A program made the translations under genes and the position numbers. From Octopus sinensis (Eukaryota), in the NCBI RefSeq assembly GCF_006345805.1, contig NC_043005.1, positions 2,604,001 to 2,668,000 of the forward strand: DNA of 64,000 bases, in the 5' to 3' direction. How positions within the stretch are numbered: the first letter of the stretch is position 1; every line of letters starts with the position of its first letter. Below, piece after piece: positions 51,360 through 64,000 of this stretch. The notes beneath the pieces were generated by a model that was not told the DNA's origin, searched no databases, and saw only the letters and a program-made list of their open reading frames with translations.

Positions 51360-53270
51360 CAATAGAATATCATGGGAGATATTTTGATGAATAAACGCTT
51401 TTTGTATGTAATGTGTTTGTGCCTGACCTGGACAGACTTTAAAAAGGCTTACGACCTGTTGCTGCATTCGTGGATATTGGAAACACTCGACATGTGTGGA
51501 GTAGCTAAGAACGTGTGTGCACTGATTAAGAACAGCATGCCTAGTTGGAAAACGCGTCTTTCCTGTAACAACCAGCACTTAGCCGAGGTAACAATCAAAA
51601 GAGGTATCTTCCAATGAGAATCTTGTTCACCTTTTTATTTGTTATATATTTGATTCCGCTTTCTGTAGTCCTACGTAAACATCAACATGCAATATGAGCT
51701 GAGAAAGAACAGACCTCGTCTCAATCACCTCTTCATCGATGATTTAAAACTGATCGAAAAAACAGAGCCTGAAATGGAGAGGCTGATTGAGACTGTGCAA
51801 ATGTGCAACAAGGATATAGGGATGGAATTCGGTATCTCGAAGTGTACGGTGCTTACTTTGAAACGGGGGGAAAGAGTAAATTATAGGGGCATAGAATTGC
51901 CAAACGGAGGGAGAATGGAAGACCCGGATGATGATGGGTACAAGAACATCGGGATCATGAAGCTGGACAATATCTTGCACAGAGAAATGAAAGACAAAGT
52001 CATCACTGCATATTTGAAGCGCCTCAAACTTCTCTTGAAATCAAAGCTTCAACTCAAGGAATCTTGTGACTGCCATCAACATATGGGCTGTTGCTGTATT
52101 CCGCGATAGTGCACCCGTCCTGAGATGGACACGAGCGGAGATTGACCAACTCGATCGTACAACCCAAAAGATAATGGCATTGCATGATGGCCTCCACCCT
52201 ACGGCGAACGTACACAGGCTCTACATGAAGAGAGGTAACGGTGGACGTGGGCTAATTAGCGTACGGGAATGCATCAACAGTGAAAGAAGTAACATTTGGT
52301 AAACAGCAAACAAGACCTGCTACAGTATGCTGCTAATGCAGAAGAATTTACCAAAAATGGAGTTGAGGGTGCTCGTCAATTCCGATTACGAACAGCCAAC
52401 GAGAGAGAGGAAACTCTACACCGCATGGAATTACATGACCAATTCCACCGTGAAACTAACAACTTAAAAGGCCAGGAAGCATCATGGAGGTGGCTCAGTG
52501 AGGGTTACCTATGAAAGAATATTGAAAGCCTAATCATCGTTGCCCAGGATCAGGCATTGAATACTAATTCAGTGAAAACAGATATAAAATACACAAGTGC
52601 AATGAACCGCTGTTGAATGTGTGGGAAGAGGGTCGAAAGTGTGACTCACGTTGTTAGTGTTTGTGAAAGTCTTATGCAGAAAGAATACAAGCGTAGACAC
52701 GCGAAGGTAACCCAAAACCTTCACTGGCTACTATGCTGGAAGTAACGGGTGCTTGGTACCAACATACACCGGAAAAGGTAATGGACGAAAAGGGGAAGTT
52801 AAAAATCCTCTGGGTCTTTGACTTCCAGATAGAGAAGGTGTTGGAGCACCAAAGGCCGGATAAAGTGACCTTTAGGAAGGACAAACAACAGTGCCCGATA
52901 ATCTACGTGGCAGTACTAGGAGATCAAAACAAACGTTATCATGAAAGAGAAAGGGTTGATAAATATGGCGACCTGAGAACTGAGATCGCCAAATTGTGGC
53001 AGCTACAAGAGTCGGACATAAAGGTTGTCTCTGTTGTCATCGGAGCATTGGGTTCAATACCACCGACCCTGAAGAGATGTCTCGAAACTGTAGAAGAACC
53101 CTACAATCTAGGTGTATTGCAATAATCGGCATTACTTGGAACTGCACGTATATTGCGTAAAGTACCGTGAGTCTGAGGTCCCTCTTGTGACTTGACAGAC
53201 AGTACAAACCCCTGGTAGACTCAATCAACATCACGATATTGGATGCTGTGTGACGTTTTAAATAATAATA
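51360..53270 (+). mobile_element. Dong/R4-type LINE, second subfamily, 5'-truncated and frameshifted
   Basis: TDFKKAYD, IKRGIFQ, LNHLFIDDLKL, LYMKRGNGGRGL, QRPDKV, VVIGALGS; ends in (AAT)n. Confidence 0.9.
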
Positions 53271-53305
53271 ATAATAATATGATGATGATGATGATGATAT
53301 GGCAT

Positions 53306-53540
<235 letters not shown>

Positions 53541-53561
53541 TATATATATAGCTAGACAGAT

Positions 53562-53604
<43 letters not shown>

Positions 53605-53622
53605 GTATATATATATATATAG

Positions 53623-53678
<56 letters not shown>

Positions 53679-53689
53679 ATCCAAACATG

Positions 53690-53870
53690 AAAACACAAAG
53701 AAAACACAAAAACGCGAGGAGGACGTGGAACAAGTTTAGTGTTATTTGACGCTCAGGAAGGGAAAGAAAGACGGAGGATTTAACGTTTCGAGCGGAGCTC
53801 TTCGTTAGAAACATAGAAAAAGGAAAGATCCAAGGAAGGGAAGACGAAGGAAAAAAAAATCGCCAACGGT
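53690..53870 (-). mobile_element. PLE-type terminal repeat with mutated hammerhead
   Basis: GUUU-CUAACGA-A-GAGC UCC GCUC-GAAAC-GUU-AAAU at about 53812-53778. Confidence 0.6.
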
Positions 53871-53904
53871 ACACACACGGTCACACACACACACACACAC
53901 ACAC

Positions 53905-53980
<76 letters not shown>

Positions 53981-54365
53981 CCCACTTAAAACTGAATGTT
54001 GTTACAACACAGAATTCTATGTATATCAGTAGCGGATGGATTACTGCTGACTCCAACATTCGGGCTTCTGCCATTAACAAGGCCAAGGAAGACCGAGATC
54101 ACCTGATTTGGTAGTCCTGGCGGCGGCGGCGGTGGTGGTGGATGATAAACATTAATGCTTATATGCACCCCAAGTCCATACGAGAGTTGTCTCTCTTAGT
54201 ACATAACTCAGCATTCCGTTTTCTAAACAAGACATCCACTTTTTTAAGTAGGGATTAACATTACCTTCTGGTATTTATAATGTTTGTGTTATTAATTGCG
54301 TATGTGTCTGTATAGGTGCGTATCTGTGTCTGTGTGTGTGTATGCATGTATGTATGTTAGTATGT

Positions 54366-54865
54366 CCTTTGACGGGTTTTGTTTTTGATCCCGCAGGGTG
54401 TCCAATAAACACCCTCCTCACCAAGCAAGCTTGGTGGGGTTGTCGGTTTAGTCACCGACGACCCGACCATGCAGAGGAACTCTTGAGAGTCAACGGCCAT
54501 CCAATAAATGTCTTAAGGCTGTATCATGCGCGGGGACATAGAAAAAATCGGACTGAATACCCGATTGCACGGTTAAACCATTGGGAGTGAAGGACTCCTA
54601 GCCTTTGTTAGGGCATCCTTCCAGGAGAAGGTAACTCAGGTAACTGGGATAACTCCGACATAAAACCTGCGGCTCAGTGGTTACCGATGATGTTGACTTG
54701 TTCTTCTTTTCGGATTATGGTTGCTGTTGCTTAGTGAGTGGGATTAACTCAGTGCACAGCCTTTCCTCACTTTAAAAGAAAAACTTCTTGCACAGGCATT
54801 GCATGATAACAACATTGATTAAGCTTCGTGCAATGGCCATACTCGATAACGAGGGGGCAGCCACC
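54366..54865 (+). mobile_element. Non-autonomous RTE-related retroelement (copy 2) with 5' inversion
   Basis: 54368-54473 is the reverse complement of 744-848; 54474-54865 is colinear with 855-1250; 12-bp TSD atgttagtatgt (54354-54365, 54866-54877). Confidence 0.85.
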
Positions 54866-55034
54866 ATGTTAGTATGTATGTATATGCATATATTCGTTAT
54901 ATGGACAGAAACCGTCTGTCTATCACATTCAATTTAGATACGTCGCGAAAAAGCAAATTTACTGCAATATTTATCTGGAATTTGCTTTTTGCCATGCATT
55001 TACATTAACTATGGAACAGGATACAAATGGATAT

Positions 55035-55094
<60 letters not shown>

Positions 55095-57309
55095 TGTGTG
55101 TGTTGAGAGATAGAGTGGGAGACGTCTTATATTCTATTAGTCCCATACTACTACTACTACTACTACTATACTACTACTACTACTACAACTTCTACTACTA
55201 CTACTACTATAAATTTGGTATTTTACTCCAATCTGAGTGGTGGGTGGTGTCTCCTTGACGTCATTTTAAATTTAAATGACAATTATGAGCGCGATAGTCA
55301 TAATATACAGGAGATGGCAGAGGAACTGGTAAAGGCTGAAGAAAAAGTGATTCCTGTAGCAAATCGATAACAGACATCTTCACAATTCCAAGCATAGTGC
55401 TCTCAGAAACATTTGAAACTGTCGACCATTCATAAAAGGAAGAGAACGACTCACATCTCCAGATATCGCCGCCGCCATATTCTATAACATTTGACAGCAT
55501 TAACAGCCAACAAGATAGACAACACTCACAGCAGTATTCTATTTAACCTTTCCATCATCATCAATAATAATAATAATAATAATAATACTCTAATCAAGAC
55601 TTCATATAGATATAAAATGAAAGATATAGATACCAGAGGGAGTGTATTTATATAGCGCATGCACAATCGTTACTATCCTGAACATAGAGAAGAAGTGTGA
55701 AGAAGCAACAACGCAAAAACACTACGAATTTAGACATTGAAATAAGCTTCCTGATATAATAATTTGTATAAAGATATCTGACGACCGAACACAGAGAATG
55801 AAATATGCTTAACAAACAATACACAAACACCAAACGAACAACTCTTTATTTATTCAGTTATTTTTATGGTTTCCTGATTTGAAGTGGGACGTCGCCCCGT
55901 GAACTTCTTGCAGAAACTTCCTGATGGTCCGGATACAAAATTTTAAAAAAAGGGACACACAAGCGGTTTGTTAGAATGTCTACAACAGAGAGAACGACAG
56001 AGTGGACAATTGCAAAGATAACCAAGGACCAAAGTGCACAAGACTCTCTTTTCTCCCCCTCTCTCTCTCTCTTTCTCTTTCTCCCTAGGTGCCATAGCTA
56101 CAGACACCAGCCATTTTGGACCTCCCTACCAAACTCTCAAGATCCATGACTTCTGTTAGGAAACCGCCAGCGACCCTTTCCCGTTGCCGTCTGCCGTTTT
56201 CTTTACACTTCATTTGGGTGCTTCAGCCTCGTTCTGTCTCGAGCTCACCCTCGAGGCACACAGATGGTGGGTGGAGGGTGGCTGGTTGCGAATGGACTGG
56301 TTCACGTGGCCTCAGGTCATGTCAACACATATTGATGGACCCGTATGACATGTTTAGGGGTCAGCCTTGTCTCAGATCCTGTATGCCTAATGCACTGGAA
56401 CAACCGCTGCCATTTCATCCATAACTGGGGCCTTTGGCAGGGTCGTGTCACGTGATTGGCAAAGTAACCGCAACAACATCTCATATCAAACCCTGTTTTG
56501 ATAAAAAAAAAGCAGTTGCACCAAAAATATTGCTTTTAGGATCAACAATAAATAGTTACAATTGACACCAAAGGGAGAAAACTCAAATATCTTTGTGTCT
56601 TTTACTTGTTTCAGCCATTAGACTACGGCCATGTTGGGGCACCGCATTAGTCGAACGAGTCGACCTCAGTACTTCTTTTAAACTAGGTACTTATTCTATC
56701 GTTCACTTTTCTGAACCACCAAGTTATGAGGATGTAAACAAACCAACACAGTGATGGCGGAGGACAAACACAGGCATAAAGACACACACAGATATATAGC
56801 CACATACGGAATTTGAGGAGCAGCTCCACACCACATACAACTGAGTTAATGGGTCTAAGAAATGCAAATTCTGTGTAGCAAAAAGATTCCATCTTCTTCT
56901 TACAACTAGCAATTCCAACACACTACTTAATTCCAGATCTGAAATTGATAGCAGGTGTAAACACATGAACAGGTTTCTTTTATCGAATTGGAATGCACCA
57001 CCGCTCCGGATTGGGTTGTCTTACAGACTTTTACATATTTTCTGTTATTTTGTTCTACATCAGTTGTATTTAATGAACTTTCTGTAATCAGAAAGGACGA
57101 GAATCTTCGTTTCTTTATTTTATTTCTGTTTTTTTATTCCACTTTTTACACCAACCTTCACCTTTATTCCATGTTTTTTTTTCCACTTTTTTTTCTTATT
57201 TTCACACTGTCCAGCGTCCTTGGTTTTAAAATATAATATAACACACAAACAGAGCCTGAAAGATTGCTTGGGGATGCATGCCAGTTCAAGTATCATAAAA
57301 GCATGAAAT

Positions 57310-57475
57310 CATATAAACGACGGGCTTCTTTCAGTTTCCGTCTATCACTCACAAGGCTTTGGTCGGCCCGGGGCTACAGTAGAAGACACTTGCTCAAGGT
57401 GCCATGATGTAGGACTGAACCCCGAACCATGTGGTTGGGAAGCAAACTTCTTATCACACAGGTACACTTGCACCT
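57310..57475 (-). mobile_element. SINE family B, 5' part
   Basis: Reverse complement of the family B head. Confidence 0.82.
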
Positions 57476-57772
57476 GTATTTTAGATAATTCAGAGAAGCA
57501 GGTTAACTAAGATTGTTGAGGGAAGAAGGGGGCGGGGAAGCAAGAATTAAGTGACTTGACTGATATGAAAGGCTGGACATAAATAACGGTGATTGGTGTC
57601 CAGGCTATCAAACCTATTGACAGCAGACGATACTTTATGATGAGCTCAGGAGAGACTGGTCATTGTTATAGCCTCAAGCCCCTGGTCAGTGGATCGATTC
57701 TAAACTGAGGCAGTACCTTAGCTTCTCTTGGGTGGCAATTGTAAAGGACGCATATAAAGACGATGACATCAA

Positions 57773-57805
<33 letters not shown>

Positions 57806-58609
57806 GATGATGATGATGATGATGACCGTAACAAGGATAATGACATTTGAAGTGTTGAAAACAATGTTAGCAAAACCAGAATGATAACGATAGCAACGGC
57901 GAAATGTAGACAATGTGGGGGGTGATAGGGGAGTGATGTGGGACATAGCTGTTGTATAAGTGGACATTGTGGTAGGGGTCATCTAACGCCAGTTCATCCC
58001 TGACCGCTCACACCTATAATCAAAGACATTCCGGTTGTGACTATCATGCCTTTACAATCTACAGGAAACCCAGTTCACATTCTCCAAGGTGTTCTTCTTC
58101 TAAGACCGTAGGATGTGCTTTGAGAGAGATTTAGCTGCTATTTCTGGTAGGTTACGTGGGATGTAGAAGCTCCCTTCGTTAGCTCATAGTGGTGATGGTG
58201 GTAGTGGTGGTGATTGAAGATAACAGTTGTGTGGGGGGAAAACAACTTCGCAAACATTATGTTGGTTATAGTAGATGATGCATATACAGTGAGTCGAATG
58301 TCCTATTATGGCCATTCCTTATATTTTTGAATGTATATTATATAGTCTTTGACTATTTCTTCTTTCTCACTGGACCGCTGGTAGCAGAGAATTTTTTCTA
58401 GAATTTCTTGCTACCCTTATATTTATTAATTAATGATTTTTTGGCTAATTTTGAAATTAAATCAGCAGTTTATATTTGCTGCTGAGAAGACCGCGCGGTT
58501 GCGGTAGAATTTTGAAAATTTAGGCCATATGGACTGGAGGCTTCTTTACCATCGCCCCGTGGACATATACTCGTCCTAGGCTCTCTGCTGACGAGGCACG
58601 CCAGATGTA

Positions 58610-59815
58610 AATGAATTTAATTTGATTTAATTAATTTATTTACCAAAGTTTGCCGAAACTATGCATAGTCCAGAGATGAAAGGGGTAAACGTTTTTATTT
58701 CTCTTTCTATTTCAGAATTACAACTATTTAGCGGTTTGAGTTTGGCTGCTCTTTCTAGTGAGTCGAGTGTCCTATTATGGCCATTCCTTATATTGTTGAA
58801 TGTATATAATTTATATAATTTGTATATAATTTGTGAATCCACCTCTGATACGTGGCACTTGATCAACAAGGGAGTTCGATGCTGCTGCCCGCATCTGCGT
58901 CTCCTGTCGTGAGGTAGGTTCATCTGGGACTCCCGACAAGAAGAGATCCAGTTTAGTTTTAAAGAAACCCACATCTACACCATGTAAGTCTCTCAGGCAT
59001 TTAGGGAGGATGTTAAAGAGCTGTGGTCCTCTGAAACCCAAGCTGTTGCAGTATCTGGACCTGTATTTTGATGGTGATGTTGGAATCTTTGGCACCATGC
59101 AGTGGTGCCCCGTTCTGCGGTTGGGGTAACTTTGAATGCCAAAGTTTGGGACAAGACCCTCCAGGATTTTCCAGATGTATATCACCGCATATCTCTCCCG
59201 CCTCCGCTCTAGGGAGAAGAGGTTTAATACCTTCAGTCTTTCCCAGTAGCTGATATTTTGCATTGAGACGATTTTCTTTGTGTAGCTTCTCTGATTTGCT
59301 TCGAGTTCTGCTGTTAGTTTTATATTGTGTGGTGACCACAGTTGGGAGCAGTAGTCCAAGCGGCTGAGGACGAATGTTTTCCATAGGACCATCAGTGACT
59401 CCTTCTCTCTTGTTCTGAAAGTTCGGAGAATCCATCCAGCTAGCCGTCTGCATTTTATCACCAGATTAGTAATATGCACTTAGAAAGATGCATCTTTGCT
59501 CATGTCAATGCCCAGGTCACGCACTGATTTTGACTCAGGGATTGCAATTCTTCCTGGGCCAGTGTATCCAGTCTGCACGTCGTTTACCTTTGTGTGCCAG
59601 TAGCGCAGGGCCTGGAACTTACCTGCATTAAACTGCATGTTGTTGTCCTCAGCCCACCTGTATGTTGTGTCCAACTCCTGTTGCAGATGCGCAATATTTT
59701 CAGGGTTTTGTATTGCGTGGGCGACTTTTGTGTCATCTGCATAGCTAGCAAGGGTGGTCATCGTAGCAACTGAAGGCATGTCTGAAAGGGCCACTATGAA
59801 CATCAGTGGCCCCAA
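58610..59815 (-). mobile_element. CR1-clade LINE (second family), 3' 1.2 kb with a frameshift or deletion
   Basis: GPLMFIVALSD...YADDTKV; RRLAGWILRTF...LSRLDYCSQLWSP...FSLERRRERY; (aatta)n-like tail. Confidence 0.92.
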
Positions 59816-59863
59816 TATTATATATATTATTATATTATATTACATTATATTACATTATATTAC

Positions 59864-59907
<44 letters not shown>

Positions 59908-59911
<4 letters not shown>

Positions 59912-60661
59912 AAGAAATTAAAAAAGGAAAATACGCACACTTACATAGTTTTAATATAATTTTTAATATATCGACCGGTTCGCTATCGCTATTCATGATA
60001 TTATGTTTTACTTATTTGAATATATTATTTCTAAGAAGAAGAAATTTTGTCCATGTTGTGTGTGATGAAATTCACGAGTGAATGACTTCACAAGTAGATA
60101 AATAAAGGGAGGTAATTGGTTGTCATTATTATTGTTATTGTTGTGGGTAAGGGAGATAACTGTTCAGCTTTTTGTAATGGGAGGGGAAATATATATATGT
60201 GTATAGACAGAGACAAGTTTCAAAAACCTTGTTTAGTAAGGGGATTTATGTCCAATGATGTAATCGTGAATTGAAATATGTAAAAAGATAAAAGTTGGTT
60301 ATGCGTGCATATTAAGACGTGTTTTGTATTTTTCAATGAAAAAAGTTTCTTTATTTAAACGTTCTAGTTGAGAGATTGCGTCTTTGCACTGGTAGAAAGG
60401 GAAGACTGTGAAATCTGGCTAGATGTTACCCGCACATTTTTCTACATGTTCACTGAGAGGAATTTGTCTGTATTGCGGGAAACTGATTTACTCTTTATGT
60501 AGAGTGATTCTCTTTCTCAAGGTCATACTCGTTTGTCCAATATAGTGGTGTCCGCAACCCGAGCAGGTTATTGCATAAATTAGGTTCTGAGAATATAATT
60601 TCTGAGAAATTATATTAAAACTATGTAAGTGTGCGTATTTTCCTTTTTTAATTTCTTATAC
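59908..60661 (-). mobile_element. 5'-truncated Penelope element (GIY-YIG endonuclease) with perfect 55-bp terminal inverted repeats
   Basis: Minus 60590-60295: NLIYAITCSGCGHHYIGQTSMTLRKRITLHKE*...EHVEKC...LNKETFFIEKYKTRLN; 59908-59962 is the reverse complement of 60607-60661. Confidence 0.9.
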
Positions 60662-60713
60662 GCATTACAACTCACTACGTGGGGATAATCGAAATTCCTC
60701 TTTTCTGTACTAC

Positions 60714-60763
<50 letters not shown>

Positions 60764-60770
60764 GATTATA

Positions 60771-60832
<62 letters not shown>

Positions 60833-60879
60833 TTATATTATATTTATTATATTATATTATATTATATTGTATTATATCT

Positions 60880-61250
60880 TCTTTATCACCCTTCTTATGA
60901 AGCAGGATGGTATTTGACTCTTTCCACAGAGAGGGTATTTCACCCTCCTTCAGATAGCGATTGAAACGTAGAACGTGGATTTTCCACAGCACTTCACCTC
61001 CGTATCTTAGCATCTCTGTTGTGATGCCATCTTTCCTTGGAGCTTTGTCTGTTTCACCAGTTTGAGGGCATTTTCAATTTCACTGGTCAAATTAGGTGGC
61101 ACTTCTTCCAGCATTTGTGATGGTGTAGGATCGCGGTTCACTGATGATTTTTAAAAGGTTGGTATTTGTGACCAGCGTTGTATAACGGCATTTAATGGCC
61201 TGATTGATGCTGTGATACTGTGATAGATATATATAAGGAGCATTCCAGAA
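60880..61250 (-). mobile_element. RTE LINE fragment (RT N-terminal region)
   Basis: EIENALK...DGITTEMLRYGGEVLW...EGEIPSLWKESNTILLHKKGDK. Confidence 0.8.
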
Positions 61251-61289
61251 GTTTTCAGACAAGTTTAAGACAGACATTTATTAATTCCA

Positions 61290-61800
61290 AAGAAGCACAA
61301 AACTCTAATTTCCTTCAAAGTAGGATTCTCTGAGTTCATTGCTCTTGCAGTTGCACTCCGGCCATTTCGTGAAGGTCCCATGGAAGTCCTGTAAAGTGAA
61401 AGTCTCCAAGACCCTTTTCACAACCCCCTTCGTCTTCTCCTTCAGCTTAGGGAAATCATAAGGTGCAAGGAACTCTCTCAAAACCTCCACAAAGTGTATT
61501 CTTCGTTGACTGCCGGACCTGAGGCAACTTAATAGATGTAGATGATCCCCTTGCTCTCTAAAAAAGGGCTCATCATGAACTTCCCGCTGCACTTACATTG
61601 CCTGTCTTCTTATGCTCGCTTCGTACACGCTGATCCACAATTTGGAGCTTTCATAAGTTTCTCTAATATTTTTGCCAAATTTTAACATAAAACTTAATTG
61701 CAAAGCAAGCTTCCAGATTGTGTTCGCGTCCCGAATGCATTCTGAAAACCGATCAGCCATGGCAAGCAGTGCTTCGTGGGATAAGTTGCCGTTGTAGCCG
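61290..61800 (-). mobile_element. Mariner transposase C-terminal relic
   Basis: LAPYDFPKLKEKTKG...FHGTFTKWPEC...ESYFEGN. Confidence 0.75.
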
Positions 61801-61972
61801 TCTCCTTAAGAAGTTGGCAGGTCAGCTTATTAAATCTATAGAAAGAATTCACTAAAATTACGATGACCTAGAATAGTTACAACTGCCTCTCCTAAACAAA
61901 AGTCACAAAATGTCTGGAATGCCTCTCGAATATACTCATACATGTGTATGCATATATGTACCTAAATGCACC

Positions 61973-62036
<64 letters not shown>

Positions 62037-62038
<2 letters not shown>

Positions 62039-62415
62039 AGGCACAATAGCCCAGTGGTTAGAGCAGCGGACACGCGGTCGTAGGATCATGGTTTCGATTC
62101 CCAAACTGGGCATTGTGAGTGTTTAAAGAGCGAAAACACCTGCAGCTCCACAAGGCTCCGGCAGGAGGGGGCGAGCCCTGCTGTACTCCTTCACCACAAA
62201 TTTCTCCCACTCTTTCTTCCTGTTTCTGTTGTACCTGTATTTCAAAGGGCCAGTCTTGTCCTGTTCTGTGTCACACTGAATCTCTCCGAGAACTACGTTA
62301 AGGGTACACGTGTCTGTGGAGTGCTCAGCCACTTGCACGTTAATTTCACGAGCAGGCTGTTCCGTTAGTTCGGATCAACCGGAACCCTCGTCGTCGTCGT
62401 AACCGACGGAGCGCT
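62037..62415 (+). mobile_element. SINE family C, full-length
   Basis: tRNA-like head ggaggcacaatagcccagtggttagagcagcggac...ggtttcgattccc; 3' end gtcgtcgtaaccgacggag. Confidence 0.9.
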
Positions 62416-62424
62416 ACCACGATG

Positions 62425-62560
62425 TGTGTGTGTCTGTGTGTGGTAAGAAGCTTGCTTTCCAACCACACGGTTCCGGGTTCAGTCCCACAGCGTAGCATCT
62501 TGGGTAAATGTTTTCTACTATAACCTCGGGCCGACCAAAGCTTTGTCAGTGGATTTAGCT
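62425..62560 (+). mobile_element. SINE family B, 5' part
   Basis: gtgtggtaagaagcttgc...ggttccgggttcagtccc. Confidence 0.8.
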
Positions 62561-63000
62561 CGTCATAGGTGTGTGTGTGTGTGTCTTTGTGTGTATGTGT
62601 GCGCATGTGTGTGTGTGTCTTTGTGTGTATGTGTGTGCATGTGTGTGTGTCTTTGTGTGTGTGTGTGTGTGTAATACACTGCCACCTTACACGTGAAAGA
62701 AGTTAATTAAAAACTAACGTACCAGAACAGATTGCATCGTTAGTTGTTGTTGTTGTTGCTGTTGTTGCTATGACTGTTGCTGCCATTCTTATTATTAATG
62801 GTGGTACTTTTGTTGTTCTTCTGCTTCTTACGATTCCTTATTTATTATTGATTTTTGCTGTTGTTGTTGTTGTTATTCTTGCCCATGTTAATTGTATAAC
62901 ATTGTTATTTGTTTTATCGCTGGTGTTGATGTTTCTTTTTCGGGAGGGGGATGTTGTCGCACTTGTGTGTGCGTGCGTGTGTGTATGTGTGTATGCAGAT

Positions 63001-63035
<35 letters not shown>

Positions 63036-63138
63036 GTTAGACAGACACACACACAGACAGACAGACAGACAGACAGACACAGAGACAGACAGACACACAC
63101 AGACAGACAGACAGTCTGATAGATAGATAGATAGATAT

Positions 63139-63206
<68 letters not shown>

Positions 63207-63739
63207 GCAGATACAGACACACACACACACACACAGACAAACAGATAGGTAGATTGATAGACAGACACAAAGATAGACATACACACACACACACTCACAC
63301 ACGCTATATACACACAAATGCATATGACTGACGTTGGTGTTTGGATTATCGCTGGTTGACGATGAGGAGGAGGAGGAGGAAGTGGATAAGGGTGATGATG
63401 TTGGTGATGATGATGATGATGATGATGACGATAGTGATGATGGTGGTGGTAACAGTGAGGTGGAGTGAGGGTGGATTGGGGGTGGGGTTGTAGTCAGCCT
63501 ACAAATGACGCTTCATTCCCTGTCGACCTATTTCTTTCGCGCTCATATCCCGCTTGATCAGTCAACCTTAAATGGACTCACCCCACCCATCAACCCGCAT
63601 TCAATGTCCCTCACTTGTACCACCCCCCTTACACACACACACACACACACTGCAAATGAGCCTTTCGACAAACCGACGGTAAATATAATGAAATGTCAGC
63701 ATTAATCTGTGAATGATGATGATGATGATGATGATGATG

Positions 63740-64000
63740 GGAGATAGGAGGAGGAGGAGGAGGAGAAGAAGAAAGAAGGAAGAAGAAGGAAGGAAGAAAG
63801 AAGAAGAAGAAGAGAATGAAGAGAAGAAAGAAAGAAGAAGAAGAAGAGAGAAAAGAAAAAGAAAGAGAAGAAGAAGAAGAAGAAGAAGAAGAAGAAGAAG
63901 AAAGAAGAAGAAAAGAACGAAGAAGAAAGAAGAAAAGAAGAGAAGAAGAAGAAGAAGAAGAAGAGGAGGAAGGGGAAGGAAAGAGAAGGAAAAGAAAGAA
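63740..64000. repeat. Polypurine (GAA)n-rich tract
   Basis: Direct inspection. Confidence 0.95.

Noticed and set aside
58288-58807. 50-bp direct repeat (58288-58338 and 58757-58807) suggesting LTRs
   Set aside because: The second copy lies in the CR1 3'UTR; no TG...CA ends, PBS or PPT.
62037-62110. tRNA-like sequences (also at 37635, 22576, 45853)
   Set aside because: They are SINE heads continuing into family-specific bodies; no complete cloverleaf.

Overview
AT-rich eukaryotic DNA with extremely dense microsatellites. The SINE/LINE families and repeat density look like an octopus (coleoid cephalopod) genome; this is an inference from recognisable repeat families. I can support one host gene, which the ORF track only partly shows: a compact minus-strand Dickkopf-3-like secreted protein. 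Its coding exons are 23368-23216 (or -23186), 13542-13368, 12261-12060 and probably 11947-11884, giving about 197 aa with a signal peptide, an 8-Cys CRD1, a short linker and a colipase-fold CRD2. The rest is transposon-derived. It includes a near-complete (TAA)n-embedded Dong/R4-type LINE (6028-10019) plus relics, a near-complete RTE LINE (29270-33290), CR1 3' ends, mariner/Tc1 relics, a hAT MITE, three tRNA-derived SINE families and many Penelope-like (PLE) pieces. The most unusual signal is a set of PLE-type terminal repeats carrying hammerhead-ribozyme motifs, usually with an inverted copy of the 3' end at the 5' side. One has an intact catalytic core (35815-35887, minus), one has perfect stems with a non-canonical core (37881-37916), and several are decayed. 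Most short ORFs in the track are translated microsatellites. Coordinates of decayed relics are approximate. No database search or folding computation was run.
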